Origin: Dehalococcoidia bacterium
GTDB taxonomy: Bacteria > Chloroflexota > Dehalococcoidia > Bin125
Length of the DNA stretch: 64,000 bases
Direction of reading: 5' to 3'
NCBI GenBank assembly: GCA_963663235.2
Contig: CAXXNO010000008.1
Location: forward strand, 128,001 to 192,000
Part shown: positions 50,753-60,979 of the stretch, one piece after another
Position numbering within the stretch: the first letter of the stretch is position 1
How the letters are laid out: each line of letters begins with the position of its first letter
Notes under the pieces: generated by a model
Seen by the model: only the letters and a program-made list of their open reading frames with translations
Databases searched by the model: none
Told to the model about the DNA's origin: nothing
Position numbers and translations under genes: made by a program

Positions 50753-50944
50753 ATGGGCGACGACGACCACTGGGCACTCCCGCGTGAGGGAGATCTCGAT
50801 CCCGACCTAGCCGAGGAAGCCAGCGACTTCGACTGGGAGGCGCCGCGACGAGGCGTGTGGCCGATAGTCCTGCGGATTGTGACGGTTCTGCTCGTAGCGG
50901 CGCTGGCGGTCGTACCGGTCGTGCTTCTGCTGCAGGCATCCTGA
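50753..50944 (+). CDS. Small single-pass membrane protein (63 aa)
   Basis: Acidic N-terminus, RR, hydrophobic C-terminal helix; TAAGCT -10 box 6 nt before ATG. Confidence 0.6.
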   Translation: MGDDDHWALPREGDLDPDLAEEASDFDWEAPRRGVWPIVLRIVTVLLVAALAVVPVVLLLQAS

Positions 50945-51090
50945 AGACGCGCGGACCAGCAACAGGCTCGCCGAGCCCTTTCTTCCATCTCACCGCTCCG
51001 CGTGGGTGCCCTGCAGCACTCGTCCAGGCCGAATCACCCGTGCTCGAGGTCTGACCGCCTCCCCGAACACGTCCCCACCCCCGCCACAGC

Positions 51091-51812
51091 TGTGGTGTCT
51101 CACAACGTGCGGGTGTGGGGCGCCAAGACTGCATCTGTTCTGATCTTGAGTGCTGCCAAGGCGCACTCCTACACTCAGTCACGCCGAGAACAGAACGGGT
51201 GGATTATTCGTGCCCCAGAGGATGGGGTTTTGGGCCGGCACAGGTCGCGATCCGGCTGCGGAAGGCACCCAGGCTCTCGCCGCTGGTCGGCCGCCAGTCC
51301 CAGCGGCGTCCGTCGTCGACGATGGCCGGAAGTTCCGGCGCGATGTACATGCCCAGCGGGATGGGCCCGGGGCCAAAGGGGCCGAGCCGCGTGCCGCCGA
51401 CCACCGTGCCGGTGCGATCGAGCGCGTAGTGCAGCAGGTGGTACTCCATCTCGCAAACGGCGGGGACCCGGTCCAGGTTCCAACGCGCCGCGAAGTGCCG
51501 CACGCGCTTCTGCGCTGTATCGCGCGCCTGCGGTAGGGCGTCGATCGCGACGAGAATGGCCTGTGAGGCACGAAAACTCGATCGACCATCACGCGACGCG
51601 ACGGTAGACGTAATGGAGGCCGCCAAGCACGGGTTGCGCGAGGACTCGGCCATCCCTCGCAGCTGGGGTGGGACGCGGACCGCCTGGCGGCTCCAGGTTC
51701 AGTCCCTTGAGCGCTGTATCGGCCCAAAACCCTATCTGGGTCAAGCCTGTGGGGCACGAAAACTCCGGACGGCCGGGGCTCCTGGATGAGGATAAGGTTT
51801 TGGCACCCTACA
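51091..51812. repeat. Cluster of orphan/nested IS481-like termini with a transposase C-terminal fragment
   Basis: TGT-type ends at 51091, 51114, 51562, 51715, 51748; ACA/AGA-type ends at 51219, 51242, 51812; minus-strand PVLGGLHYVYRRVA* near 51590-51633. Confidence 0.75.
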
Positions 51813-51858
51813 GCCAGGCTCTTGCGCCTTAGTGCACCGATTGGGAAGCAGCGAGGTG

Positions 51859-52264
51859 TTACCCGGCCGCGCCGGCCTCGGTTGCGAGTAAGCGGGCGGC
51901 GGGGCTAAACGCGGCGTGCGCGGCGGCCGCCTTGGCCGCGTCGTAGGTCGCCGAGTAGCGGCGCACCATGGCCGAGGTCGAGTGCCCGAGGAGGTATTGC
52001 ACGTCCAGCTCCCGGGCGTGGTTCCCGATCGCCCAGGTGGCGAAGGTGTGGCGGAAACGGTGGGGATTGGCGTGGACGCCGGCCCGGACCCCCAGGCGCT
52101 GGAAGAGCGTCCCCAAGAGGGACGGGTTCATCGGACGCCGCGGCTGCGTCCGCCGCGGGATGGTGAGGAACAGGGCTCCGGGGACCGCGCCGCGGAAGCG
52201 GTCGACGTAGTCCCGCAAGGCGCCGGCGGGCCCGGCGCCTTGCGGGACTACGCGCTGTTTGCGC
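51859..52264 (-). pseudogene. 3' fragment of a second copy of the tyrosine integrase
   Basis: RKQRVV...HANPHRFRHTFATWAI...LLGHSTSAMVRRY, near-identical to the 3' part of 38567..39530; cut by IS copy B. Confidence 0.88.
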
Positions 52265-53379
52265 TGTGGCGGCCCAAAACCCTGTCCGGCGTCAGGGCGG
52301 CCCATCGGTAGACGTGATGCAAGCCGCCGAGGATAGGCTCGCCCACGACTCGCGTCCCAGGCCCGCCGCTTCCCCGGTCGCCGGCAGGGGGCGCTTGGTC
52401 GAGAGCTTGGTGCGGACGCGCCGCGTTGTAGAAGGCCACGTACTCGCGTAAGAGCCGACGGAGATGCCGCTCGTTGAGCACGATCACGTGGTCGAGGCAC
52501 TCGCGGCGCAGCGTGCCGACGACGCGCTCGGCGATGGCATTCGCCTGGGGCGCGCGGAACGGGGTGCGGATCGTTTCGATCCCGATGCCCCGGGCACGCG
52601 GGACGAAATCGCCACCGAACTTGGCATCGCGATCGCGGATTAGATAGTGCGGGTGCTGACCCCACGGGGTGGCTTCGCGGATCTGCTGCCAAACCCAAGC
52701 GGCCGTGGGGTGCCGCGTGACGTTCCAATACACGAGGGCGCGGCGGGCATGCGTGATCACGAAGAAGACGTGGAGCGTGCGGAACGTCAGCGTCTGCACG
52801 GTGAAGAAGTCGCAGGCCCAGATCTCGGCCGCGTGGAGCCGGAGGAAGGTGCGCCAGCTCGGCGAGGGCGCGGGTCGAGAGCCGTAGCGCTGGATCGTGG
52901 TGCGGCTCACGGAGAGCCCCAGCTGATGGAGTTCGCCCTGGATCCGTCGCGTTCCCCAGGTCGGGTTCTCGTGTCGCAGCCGCCGGATCAAGGCGATCAC
53001 CGCCGGGTCGACGCGCGGGCGGCCCAGTCGGCGCACCCGACTCGTCCGACGCCAGTGGATCCGCCACACGGTCCGATGCCAGCGCACCACGGTGTCCGGC
53101 TGGACCAGGACGAGATGCCGCCGCCATGGGTGCCAGCCCCGGGCGAGGCGCGACCAGAAGCGCCGGTCCGAGCGTCGGCCGGCGGCCGCGGCGCTCGAAA
53201 ACCGCCAGTTGCTGCCGCAGGGCGAGGTTCTCCAGCACGAGATCCCGGCGATCGCGGCGGAGCAGCCGGAGCCCCAGGAGGAACAGGCGAAAGTAGAGCC
53301 ACATGACCGATCTCCTCGGTCGGGAGGCTCAGCCTCACAGGGCCCTCGGGCAAGACGGACGGAGTTTTGGGCCAGTACA
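52265..53379 (-). mobile_element. IS481-like IS, copy B (inverted, near-identical to 48922..50035)
   Basis: Same termini and ORFs as copy A, same internal frameshift, one extra base near the stop. Confidence 0.9.
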
Positions 53380-53495
53380 GGGGTTTTGGCACCCTCCAGC
53401 CGGGCGGAGTAAGCTTCGGGGGCGGAGATGGCCTTACGGGTCGCGGGCTTCGTCTCCGACCGATCTCCGAAGGACTCGCTACGAGGGAGAATCTT

Positions 53496-54266
53496 ATGGG
53501 TCTGGGCGACGAGGTTCTGTTTGACGTCAGTGACGGCGTGGCAGTCATCACACTGAACCGGCCTGAAAAGTTGAATGCGTTCAACGACACGATGCTCGAC
53601 GGCATGGATGCCGCATTCGACCGGATCGACCGTGATCGCAGCATTGGGGCGGCGGTGATAACCGGTAGTGGGAATCGCGCGTTCACGGCGGGCATCGACA
53701 TGAATATGTTCACGGGCGGTCCCGGAGCGGCGCGGGCCTTCCTCGTGCGCCAGCTGACATCGCTCTATGACCGGGCCGTTCGGCTACGTGTGCCGATCAT
53801 CGCTGCAATTGAGGGGCATGCACCGGCAACGGGGTCCGAGTTCACGATGTGCTGCAATTTGGCGTACGCGGGGCAGGGGGCAACTTTTCGCTTCGCGGAC
53901 TTGGATATCGGACTGGCGTCGGCCGCGGGCATGTGGCGGGTGAGCGAGAAGCTCAGCCGGATGCGGTTCACCGAGCTCACGCTGACAAGCCGCCCGTTCA
54001 GCGCTCAGGAAGCGTACGAAATTGGTTTGCTGACTCGCGTTGTGCCGGACGGTGAAGCGCTCGCCACAAGCGTGGACGTTGCAAAGACGATCGCGGCCAA
54101 GCCCATGCTCGCACTGGAGGTAACAAAAAAGGCGCTCGACCACGGCTACGCTGATGATTGGCTCGCTTTCCTGGAGCTGCAGGAGACGACGCTCCGCTCC
54201 CATGATTTCGAGGAAGGGGTAGCGGCCTTCTTAGAAAAGCGGGTACCTTACTTCCGCGGCCGATAG
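53496..54266 (+). CDS. Enoyl-CoA hydratase/isomerase family protein
   Basis: ITLNRPEKLNA, AFTAGID, PIIAAIEG, DFEEGVAAFLEKR. Confidence 0.9.
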   Translation: MGLGDEVLFDVSDGVAVITLNRPEKLNAFNDTMLDGMDAAFDRIDRDRSIGAAVITGSGNRAFTAGIDMNMFTGGPGAARAFLVRQLTSLYDRAVRLRVPIIAAIEGHAPATGSEFTMCCNLAYAGQGATFRFADLDIGLASAAGMWRVSEKLSRMRFTELTLTSRPFSAQEAYEIGLLTRVVPDGEALATSVDVAKTIAAKPMLALEVTKKALDHGYADDWLAFLELQETTLRSHDFEEGVAAFLEKRVPYFRGR

Positions 54267-54269
54267 TCC

Positions 54270-54702
54270 AATGCGGCGAGGCGCTGGTCGACTCCAAAGC
54301 GTGTGTAGATCGCCAGCTGCTGGCGCAAGGCGAGGTTCTCGTGGACGAGGTCGCGCCGGGCCGGAGCAGTCCCTTGACGATCACCCCCGTCGCCGCCGAA
54401 AAGCCGCTCTCCATGACCTCCCGCCGCACGTCCGCCGTGCCCCGGTAGTTATCGGTCGTGGTGATGTAGTCGGCGGTCTTTACCACGTCGGCGCAGCTGC
54501 CACCCGCCGCTGCCAGGATCTGCTCCATCTCCCTGAGGATCTGCCGCGTCTGCGACACGATGTCCAGCCCGACCACGTTCCTATCCTCGTCGGTGCCGGT
54601 CATCCCAGAGATGAACCGCAGGTTCCCCTTCCGCACCGCGGGAGAGAACGTGTAACGCTCGCGCCACTGCCAGCCAGGGTTCACGACATCAGATGTGGCC
54701 AT
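54270..54702 (-). pseudogene. Rid family protein, 3'-truncated and fused to an IS481-like transposase fragment
   Basis: FSPAVRKGNLRFISGMT...GVIVKGLLRPGA, then RDLVHENLALRQQLAIY in another frame (about 54270-54357). Confidence 0.75.
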
Positions 54703-54880
54703 CCTGCTCTGCTTAGTGTTTAGGCAGATCCTCCGCCAGGCCCGGTGTGCTGGTGGGTCATATAGCTACGGCAGACTGTGGGGAGGATCACCATCGACGG
54801 CCAGCGTTTTACGCTAATGCGCCCCTCAGCCTCGCGATCGCGTCCATCGATAGCCCGCAGCCCGCCGGGGGCGGAGGTCG

Positions 54881-56092
54881 CTAGCCCAGTACCCCGTTCT
54901 CTGCCAGGTCGGCCAGTTCGTCGTCGCTAAGGCCCAGTCCGGACAACACCTCGTGGGTATGCTCACCCGGCGAGGGGGCAGGACCCCGCACCGCCACGTC
55001 CGCACCCCCGATGTGAAACGGCGCTGCTAGCGTCTCGAACCGCCCCGCGACGGGGTGCACAACCGGCGCGAACGCCTTCTGGGACCGCAACTGCGGGTCG
55101 CGGATGACCTCGGGCAGCTCAGCGACCGGGGCCCAGATCATGCCGGCGGCATCCAGCCGTTCGGCCCACGTCGCCACGTCCGCCGCCGCGAAAACGGTAT
55201 TGATCTCCCGCGTCAGTTCCCGGCTCCGCTCGCGCCGCCCTTCCAGCGTGGCGTAGCGAGGGTCGGTGGCCCACCCTGAGCGACCGAGCATCTGGCAGAA
55301 GCGCGGCCAGTAGCGGTCCGGCTGCGGCATCACGAGCATGACCCACCTGCCGTCCGCGCACCGGTAGGAGTTCCAGAGCGGGTTGATGGGCTGCGTGCGG
55401 TCATGGCGGAGCGGCTGCTGCCCGGCGACCAGCGCGGCGGCGAGGTCGGTGCCGAGGGTCCATGCGCCCGTGCCGAGCAGCGACACTTCTACCAGCTGGC
55501 CCTCGCCCGTCTGGTCACGCAAGCGCAGGGCCACCATGACCGCCGCCAGCAGGTTGAGCGTCGCCGTGTGGTCGCCATGGCCCCCGCGGCAGGGCGGTGG
55601 GGGCGAGGACGGCTCTCCCAATAGCGCCATGCTGCCGGCGCGGGCCCAGAACGCCGCGATGTCGAAACCGGGGCGGTCGGCGTCCGGTCCCTCACTGCCG
55701 TAGCCGGTGACGGACGCGTAGACGAGGCGCGGATTCGCCGCGTGAAGGGCAGCGGGCATGAGGCCGTAACGCTTCCGCCGAGACCCGAACAGGTTGGTGA
55801 GGAGGATATCGGCCGATTCGCAGAGCCGCCGCACCACTTCCGGGCCGCCGGGCCGATCGAGCGCGACAGTGACGGACCGCTTGCCCCGGTTATCCAGTTC
55901 AAAGGCGTAGTTGATCTCGAACTCGTGATCGAAGCCGAGGAGGCCCAGCGCGAAGTGGCGGTACGGATCACCTTCCGGTGGTTCGACCTTGATCACATCG
56001 GCGCCGAGGTCAGCCATGAGCGCGCCAGCACCAGGCGCCGCCAGCCAACTTGCCACCTCCACAACCCGAATGCCGTCCAGCGGAGCGACCAC
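54881..56092 (-). CDS. Class III CoA-transferase (CaiB/BaiF)
   Basis: PLDGIRVVEV, MADLGADVIKVEP, NRGKRS, GYGSEGP, GDH, PSPGEHT. Confidence 0.92.
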   Translation of the reverse strand: MVAPLDGIRVVEVASWLAAPGAGALMADLGADVIKVEPPEGDPYRHFALGLLGFDHEFEINYAFELDNRGKRSVTVALDRPGGPEVVRRLCESADILLTNLFGSRRKRYGLMPAALHAANPRLVYASVTGYGSEGPDADRPGFDIAAFWARAGSMALLGEPSSPPPPCRGGHGDHTATLNLLAAVMVALRLRDQTGEGQLVEVSLLGTGAWTLGTDLAAALVAGQQPLRHDRTQPINPLWNSYRCADGRWVMLVMPQPDRYWPRFCQMLGRSGWATDPRYATLEGRRERSRELTREINTVFAAADVATWAERLDAAGMIWAPVAELPEVIRDPQLRSQKAFAPVVHPVAGRFETLAAPFHIGGADVAVRGPAPSPGEHTHEVLSGLGLSDDELADLAENGVLG

Positions 56093-56504
56093 AGCCCCCT
56101 CCTTTTCTCTCCCAGAACGATGGGAACCGCGCGGGCGGCCCGCAATCGGTCGTGGCAATCCGTCGGTTGCAATGCTGAGAGCGACCACGCGTCTTATGCT
56201 TGTGTTTCCGCCGCGTGGGTGTCCGCGGTCGTGTCGCAGCAGCGCCGATACTCGGGAAAGCGGGCGCACACCTCGTTCAGATAGGCGCTGTTGTCCAATA
56301 CTTGGTGCCTGAATGTCCCCTTCCGTCCTCGGCCACTGTCTCCAGAACCGCGAAGTCCGCCGCTTTCGCTGGGCGGATTCTAGAATCGCCGCGGCGAAGC
56401 AGGTGACCAACTCTCCCGCCAAGCATTCTTCTGCCGTCCACAGTTAGCGCTCCAGCCCTTCTGATCGGTTCCCAGCGGCCGTGTAGGCGAGCACGGGGCG
56501 CGAC

Positions 56505-57335
56505 TTACGCCAGGACTTTCTTTGAGGCCCGGTTGAGAAAGTCGATCACCGCCGCGATCGTCTGCTCCGGGCACTCGACCAGATCGGCGTGGCCAATCTC
56601 TTCGTAAACCTTGACCTCGCAGTCCGGGACGTGCTCGACCACCCACATGGCGCCCGCGCCCGACGGCGCCGCCTCCATGGGAGTGAGCATGTCCTTGGCG
56701 GCCGTGATGACGAGCGTTGGGCTCTTGATCTGACCGCAATCTTCGCGCAGGTCCATCTTCTCAATGGCTAGGATGGCCTGGACGACCGTTTCTACGGCGT
56801 TCGTGCCGACGATCTCGCGCACCGTCTCGATCAGGGCCGGCCCGTTTGGACCCTCAAGGTAGTCGGCCCCCACCGCCTGCGTGAGCACATGATCCGCAAG
56901 CTGCGGGCTGCAGCCCCAGGTTTGTACCATGTGTCGCCAGGTGCGGGCCATCATCCTGCGCATCAGGTCGCATTTGGCAAACGCGCAGTCGCTGACCACG
57001 CCGATGCACTTCTGTGGGTACTTGGCGGCGAACTTGAGTGCGATCATGCCACCGGCCGACGTCCCCATGACGTGAGCACGGTCGATATCCAACGCCTCCA
57101 GCAATGCGGCGAGGTCATCGGCCCAGAGGTCGAGCGAATAGGGCTGAAGTGGACGGTCGCTCAGGCCGTAGCCACGCTGGTCGTAGCTGATCAGCTGGAA
57201 GTGCTTGGCGAGCCCCTCCCACACCATGGCGAAGTTCTGCCGACCGAACAGGGACCCGCCGATCAGCGCCAGCGGCTCACCGGCTCCCATGAGCTCATAG
57301 TAGATATTGATTCCGTTCGCCGACACTTTCGGCAT
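56505..57335 (-). CDS. alpha/beta hydrolase (enol-lactonase-like)
   Basis: YDQRGYGLS, GTSAGG, KD and GH catalytic candidates; AAGGAG RBS. Confidence 0.9.
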   Translation of the reverse strand: MPKVSANGINIYYELMGAGEPLALIGGSLFGRQNFAMVWEGLAKHFQLISYDQRGYGLSDRPLQPYSLDLWADDLAALLEALDIDRAHVMGTSAGGMIALKFAAKYPQKCIGVVSDCAFAKCDLMRRMMARTWRHMVQTWGCSPQLADHVLTQAVGADYLEGPNGPALIETVREIVGTNAVETVVQAILAIEKMDLREDCGQIKSPTLVITAAKDMLTPMEAAPSGAGAMWVVEHVPDCEVKVYEEIGHADLVECPEQTIAAVIDFLNRASKKVLA

Positions 57336-57449
57336 AGCTACTTCTCCTTCCTGGCTTCGATCCTTCGAAGGTAGCGGTCAGCGGAGCGTCGCCGCGCGTC
57401 CTTCGCTCCGCGCAGGATATTCCGGCCTCACCAGCCGCCGAGAGGCGTG

Positions 57450-57560
57450 ACCTCTCTCCCGAAGGTCGAGGGCCACTTCCATACCGCCGCCCAGCGCAAA
57501 TCCTCCCACGGCCGCGATTACGCTACGCTCGCTCCGCTCCAGGCGTCGCATCAACCCTGA
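57450..57560 (-). pseudogene. Enoyl-CoA hydratase fragment
   Basis: LERSERSVIAAVGGFALGGGMEVAL motif without flanking domains. Confidence 0.6.
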
Positions 57561-58134
57561 ACGAACGGATGAACACCACGCGGCTGCAACGATCAAGGAC
57601 CACCGCGCCTCAAACAGCGCTACTGCCCCATGCGGGGCTTCGGACGCTTTGCGCCTGCTGCCCGTTTCTGCGCCGCGTTCGAAGAGCTCCCGACAGTACT
57701 TTTGCGGCGGCAGCCGAGGAGGTGCGTACCGCCCGCTCGCGGAGCAGCGGCGGCCTCTTTTCCATCCGCTGGTGCTCCTTGCCACGAAGATGGCCGACTC
57801 ATAAACGCAACCGGCGGCCAGTGCCGTCGGCTGCGCCTCAACGCCTTGAGATCTGACACAGCCGGCTGATTGGGCAGATCGGATCAGGTGCCGGACTCCG
57901 AGGCCAATTCTTTCACGCCGGGCCCATGTCCAATCATTTCATGCTCGGCTACAGGTCGCACGCAGGCACCTTCCCGCGCCAGGGTCCGTAACATCGGCGG
58001 TAGCACCATTACCACCCGTCGACATCTATCAAATTCTCCCACAGCCACGCGCTCCGAGCCGTCGTACCCACCACACCCCCTCGGGCACAGGAGCGCCGTG
58101 CGCAAGTGCGCCGCAGCGCAACAATCCTCCAGCG

Positions 58135-59943
58135 CTACGCAAGGCGCATACGGCCATAATCCAGGACGTTGTCGCTCCGGTGCGTGTAGCCCGTGACGTT
58201 GCTACGCAGGATCCATGCCGGCTGCAAGGTGTTGATATAGAAGTACGGGGAGTCTTCCGCTAACCACTGCTGCGCCTCATCCCAGGCCGTTAGCGCCTCA
58301 GGTGAATCGTCGTCGCCGACAGCGATACCTCTCTGCACCGCATCCCAGTACTTCTCGAAGTTGTCGGCAGCAGGGTCGTGACCGTATCCCGGCCAATTGC
58401 CCGGCGAAAACGGCGTGGTGGAGAAGGTCAGAATGTAGGGCACCGTCTGGTAGATCGCAAAGTCGCGGACAACGTGGGGGATCGTCCCTCCAGCCGTACT
58501 ATGTGCTTCATTGAGAGCGGCCGAGGTCAATCCGACCAGATTCAGTGTTATGCCGGCATCGGCGGCAGAGTCGCGCATGAGTATCGCAACCTGCTCCTGG
58601 TCCGGCGTTGTCAAGCTGAATCCAAAATCAAATGAGAACCCGTCGGAGAACCCAGCCTCAGCAAGGAGATCTCGCGCTTTCTGGATGTCCAGCTGATATC
58701 CGCCGTAATGTTTCTCGCCCGCGTAGCCCGGAACTACAGGGGAGATGACGCCGAAGGCCCGCGATCCCCGACCCCGGTAGACCGTGTTGATGATCTCTTC
58801 GTACGGAATGGTGTGGAGGAATGCCTGTCGGGCCCTCAAGTCGTCGAGTTCCGGTACGTCTGCACTCTTTAGTGGCCCCATGACCATCAGGTTCGTCTGC
58901 AGCGCCGGGACCTGCAACCCTTCTTCGCCCTCAGCCACTTCTTGCTCCCGCGCGAGCATCTGCTTTGCGATGTGCACATCGCCCTGTTGCACGAATGAGA
59001 GCCGTGTGGAGGACTCTGGTGCCAGCCTCCAGATCATTCGGTCGAAGTTTGGTGGGCCATGTACGTAGTTCGGGTTGGTCTTCCAGACCGCTTCATCGCC
59101 CGCGGTGAAACTCTCAAGCGAAAAGGCACCGAACCCGTGACTCTCTTGCGAGGCGAACTTCAGCGCCCACGGATCCTCCTCTGTCGCGTTCGCCTGCAGA
59201 AGCTTGCTGTCAACTATTGTCCCCCCATGCGCGTTCGCGATGCTATGGAGGAACGTCTCAAACGGGAACTCCAGGGTGAACTTGACATGGTCGTCGTCGA
59301 CTCTCTGGACCCGATTGGGATCGAGATCCGGCATCGCCAGCGACACAACCATGATGAACGCGCCGATGGCGCCCACGCCGACTCTCCGCCGGAAGGTGTA
59401 CACCACGTCATCAACCGTAAACTCGTTACCCGCTGGGCTGATGACGCCCCGCTTGATTTTGAATGTGTATTCCAAGCCGTCATCGCTCACGGTGGGGAAC
59501 GATTCTGCGAGTTCCGGCTCGAAGCTGTCCGGTGTGCCCGAAAGGTCCTGTCGGTCCCAGCCCGACCCCAACGGATCCGGGATGTACTTTTGGCGGATCA
59601 ACCGTGCGCCCTGGTTGACCTGCGCTTCCTGCGTCTCGTGCTCTGCTGAGAACTCCTGGTCCAGGGTGACCATTAGAGTGGCTTGGGCGACTACGAGGTC
59701 CCTTTCCTCGTCGACCTCCGTAGGCTCAGCGGCCGGCGCGGCTTCTTGCGCGGGGGCCGCCTCGGCAGCAGTCGGTTGCTCCTCGTCGTCGTCACCGCAT
59801 CCAACGATGGTCAGGCCCAGAAGGCCCGTGGCCGACGCTCCGCCCGCCTCCAACAGGTGCCGCCGCGATATCCGCTGCTTCGCTAGGGACCAGCGCGATG
59901 GGAGAGAGACTCGATCCTCGTTGCCTGGTGGTTCGTCTGTCAT
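58135..59943 (-). CDS. Family 5 ABC solute-binding protein (Dpp/Opp-type), Tat-lipoprotein
   Basis: ISRRHLL...IVGCGDDD; EPELAES, DGLEYTFKIK, DDVVYT, KARDLLAEAG; GGAGGAG RBS. Confidence 0.9.
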   Translation of the reverse strand: MTDEPPGNEDRVSLPSRWSLAKQRISRRHLLEAGGASATGLLGLTIVGCGDDDEEQPTAAEAAPAQEAAPAAEPTEVDEERDLVVAQATLMVTLDQEFSAEHETQEAQVNQGARLIRQKYIPDPLGSGWDRQDLSGTPDSFEPELAESFPTVSDDGLEYTFKIKRGVISPAGNEFTVDDVVYTFRRRVGVGAIGAFIMVVSLAMPDLDPNRVQRVDDDHVKFTLEFPFETFLHSIANAHGGTIVDSKLLQANATEEDPWALKFASQESHGFGAFSLESFTAGDEAVWKTNPNYVHGPPNFDRMIWRLAPESSTRLSFVQQGDVHIAKQMLAREQEVAEGEEGLQVPALQTNLMVMGPLKSADVPELDDLRARQAFLHTIPYEEIINTVYRGRGSRAFGVISPVVPGYAGEKHYGGYQLDIQKARDLLAEAGFSDGFSFDFGFSLTTPDQEQVAILMRDSAADAGITLNLVGLTSAALNEAHSTAGGTIPHVVRDFAIYQTVPYILTFSTTPFSPGNWPGYGHDPAADNFEKYWDAVQRGIAVGDDDSPEALTAWDEAQQWLAEDSPYFYINTLQPAWILRSNVTGYTHRSDNVLDYGRMRLA

Positions 59944-60241
59944 GATGGTCCGCACTCCTCCCACGGGGAATCCTAGCAGGATTGTCAAGGGCGCCGGGTG
60001 ATGGGAAGGCTCGCGTCTAGGCGGATCAGCCTGAGCTTGTCCGTCGCCGAGCAGACGCGTCTGAGGTTCGGCAAGCGTGGTTGCGCGAGCGTCGGGCCTT
60101 CGAGCATCGGCGAGCGTCCGACCTGAGAGCAACCGGCTGGCAACGTCCCCCGTACCGGACGAAGCGCCGGGAGCTTGATCAGGCGCGGCAGGGCACCAAA
60201 GTTGCTCAGGGGCATCCGGATAAGGCGGAGGAAGAGGATTG

Positions 60242-60730
60242 TCACAACTGTGGCGTTCTTCGCCCCTGATGGCAGTCTGTCCGAGGCACCTTCTGGCGCT
60301 CAAGGCGGGGCGTGTGCTCCTGGCGGGGAAGCGTGCGATCGCGTCGACTCGGCAGGAACGGTCCGTTGATCCGACGGTAAAGCAGTTGGATCAGCCCCGT
60401 CGAGCCGCCTACCGGAGGGAGGCAGCGATTGGCGGCCTTCGCAGGATCGCACAGTTTCCGCAGGGCCCGACGCTCCGTCTGTCGGATCTGCTCGCGCCTC
60501 ACGCCGAGTCCCGCCGCGACCTCCTCGCGCTTTCGCGGCCACGTCGTGGAAGCCAAAGCCATCTCACGAACCCTGCGCTGGCCGGGCGACAGCAACGCGA
60601 GGCGCTCGTCGACTTCCTGGCGCAGCGCCGCGGCCGCCGCTTTGGGGAACGGCAGCACCGACGTGTGATCGGCGACCCGCTCCGCCAGCGCCGTCCGCTG
60701 CTCCTCGGATGGGGTGTTGGCACCTGACAC
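60242..60730 (-). CDS. Sigma-70 region 4-like HTH protein or remnant
   Basis: LALLSPGQRRV...REEVAAGLGVRREQIRQTERRALRKL resembles RpoD region 4.2. Confidence 0.55.
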   Translation of the reverse strand: MSGANTPSEEQRTALAERVADHTSVLPFPKAAAAALRQEVDERLALLSPGQRRVREMALASTTWPRKREEVAAGLGVRREQIRQTERRALRKLCDPAKAANRCLPPVGGSTGLIQLLYRRINGPFLPSRRDRTLPRQEHTPRLERQKVPRTDCHQGRRTPQL

Positions 60731-60979
60731 CTACCTCTTGGTCGCGATACGCCCGAGCTCTTACCCGCGGACTCACGCCCAGAATTGTGGTCTCCTCTCC
60801 GGGTACCTATACTGTCGGCGCCCCCGGTCGCTCCCGGTACCGTCATGCGGCTATGTCAGACTGCAGCGGACCACACTGGAGCCGAATCCCGGACGTGCCG
60901 GACCGCGGCCTCGGAAGCCGGTTGACCTTGGGCTGTCGGAAGATCGCCTGGTGCTGGCCGAAGTAGCGAAGGCTCCGCA

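Noticed and set aside
51091-51812. CRISPR array or integron attC cassette array
   Set aside because: The repeats are heterogeneous, in both orientations, irregularly spaced and match IS termini; no cas genes, and the integrase shows no recognisable IntI-specific insertion.
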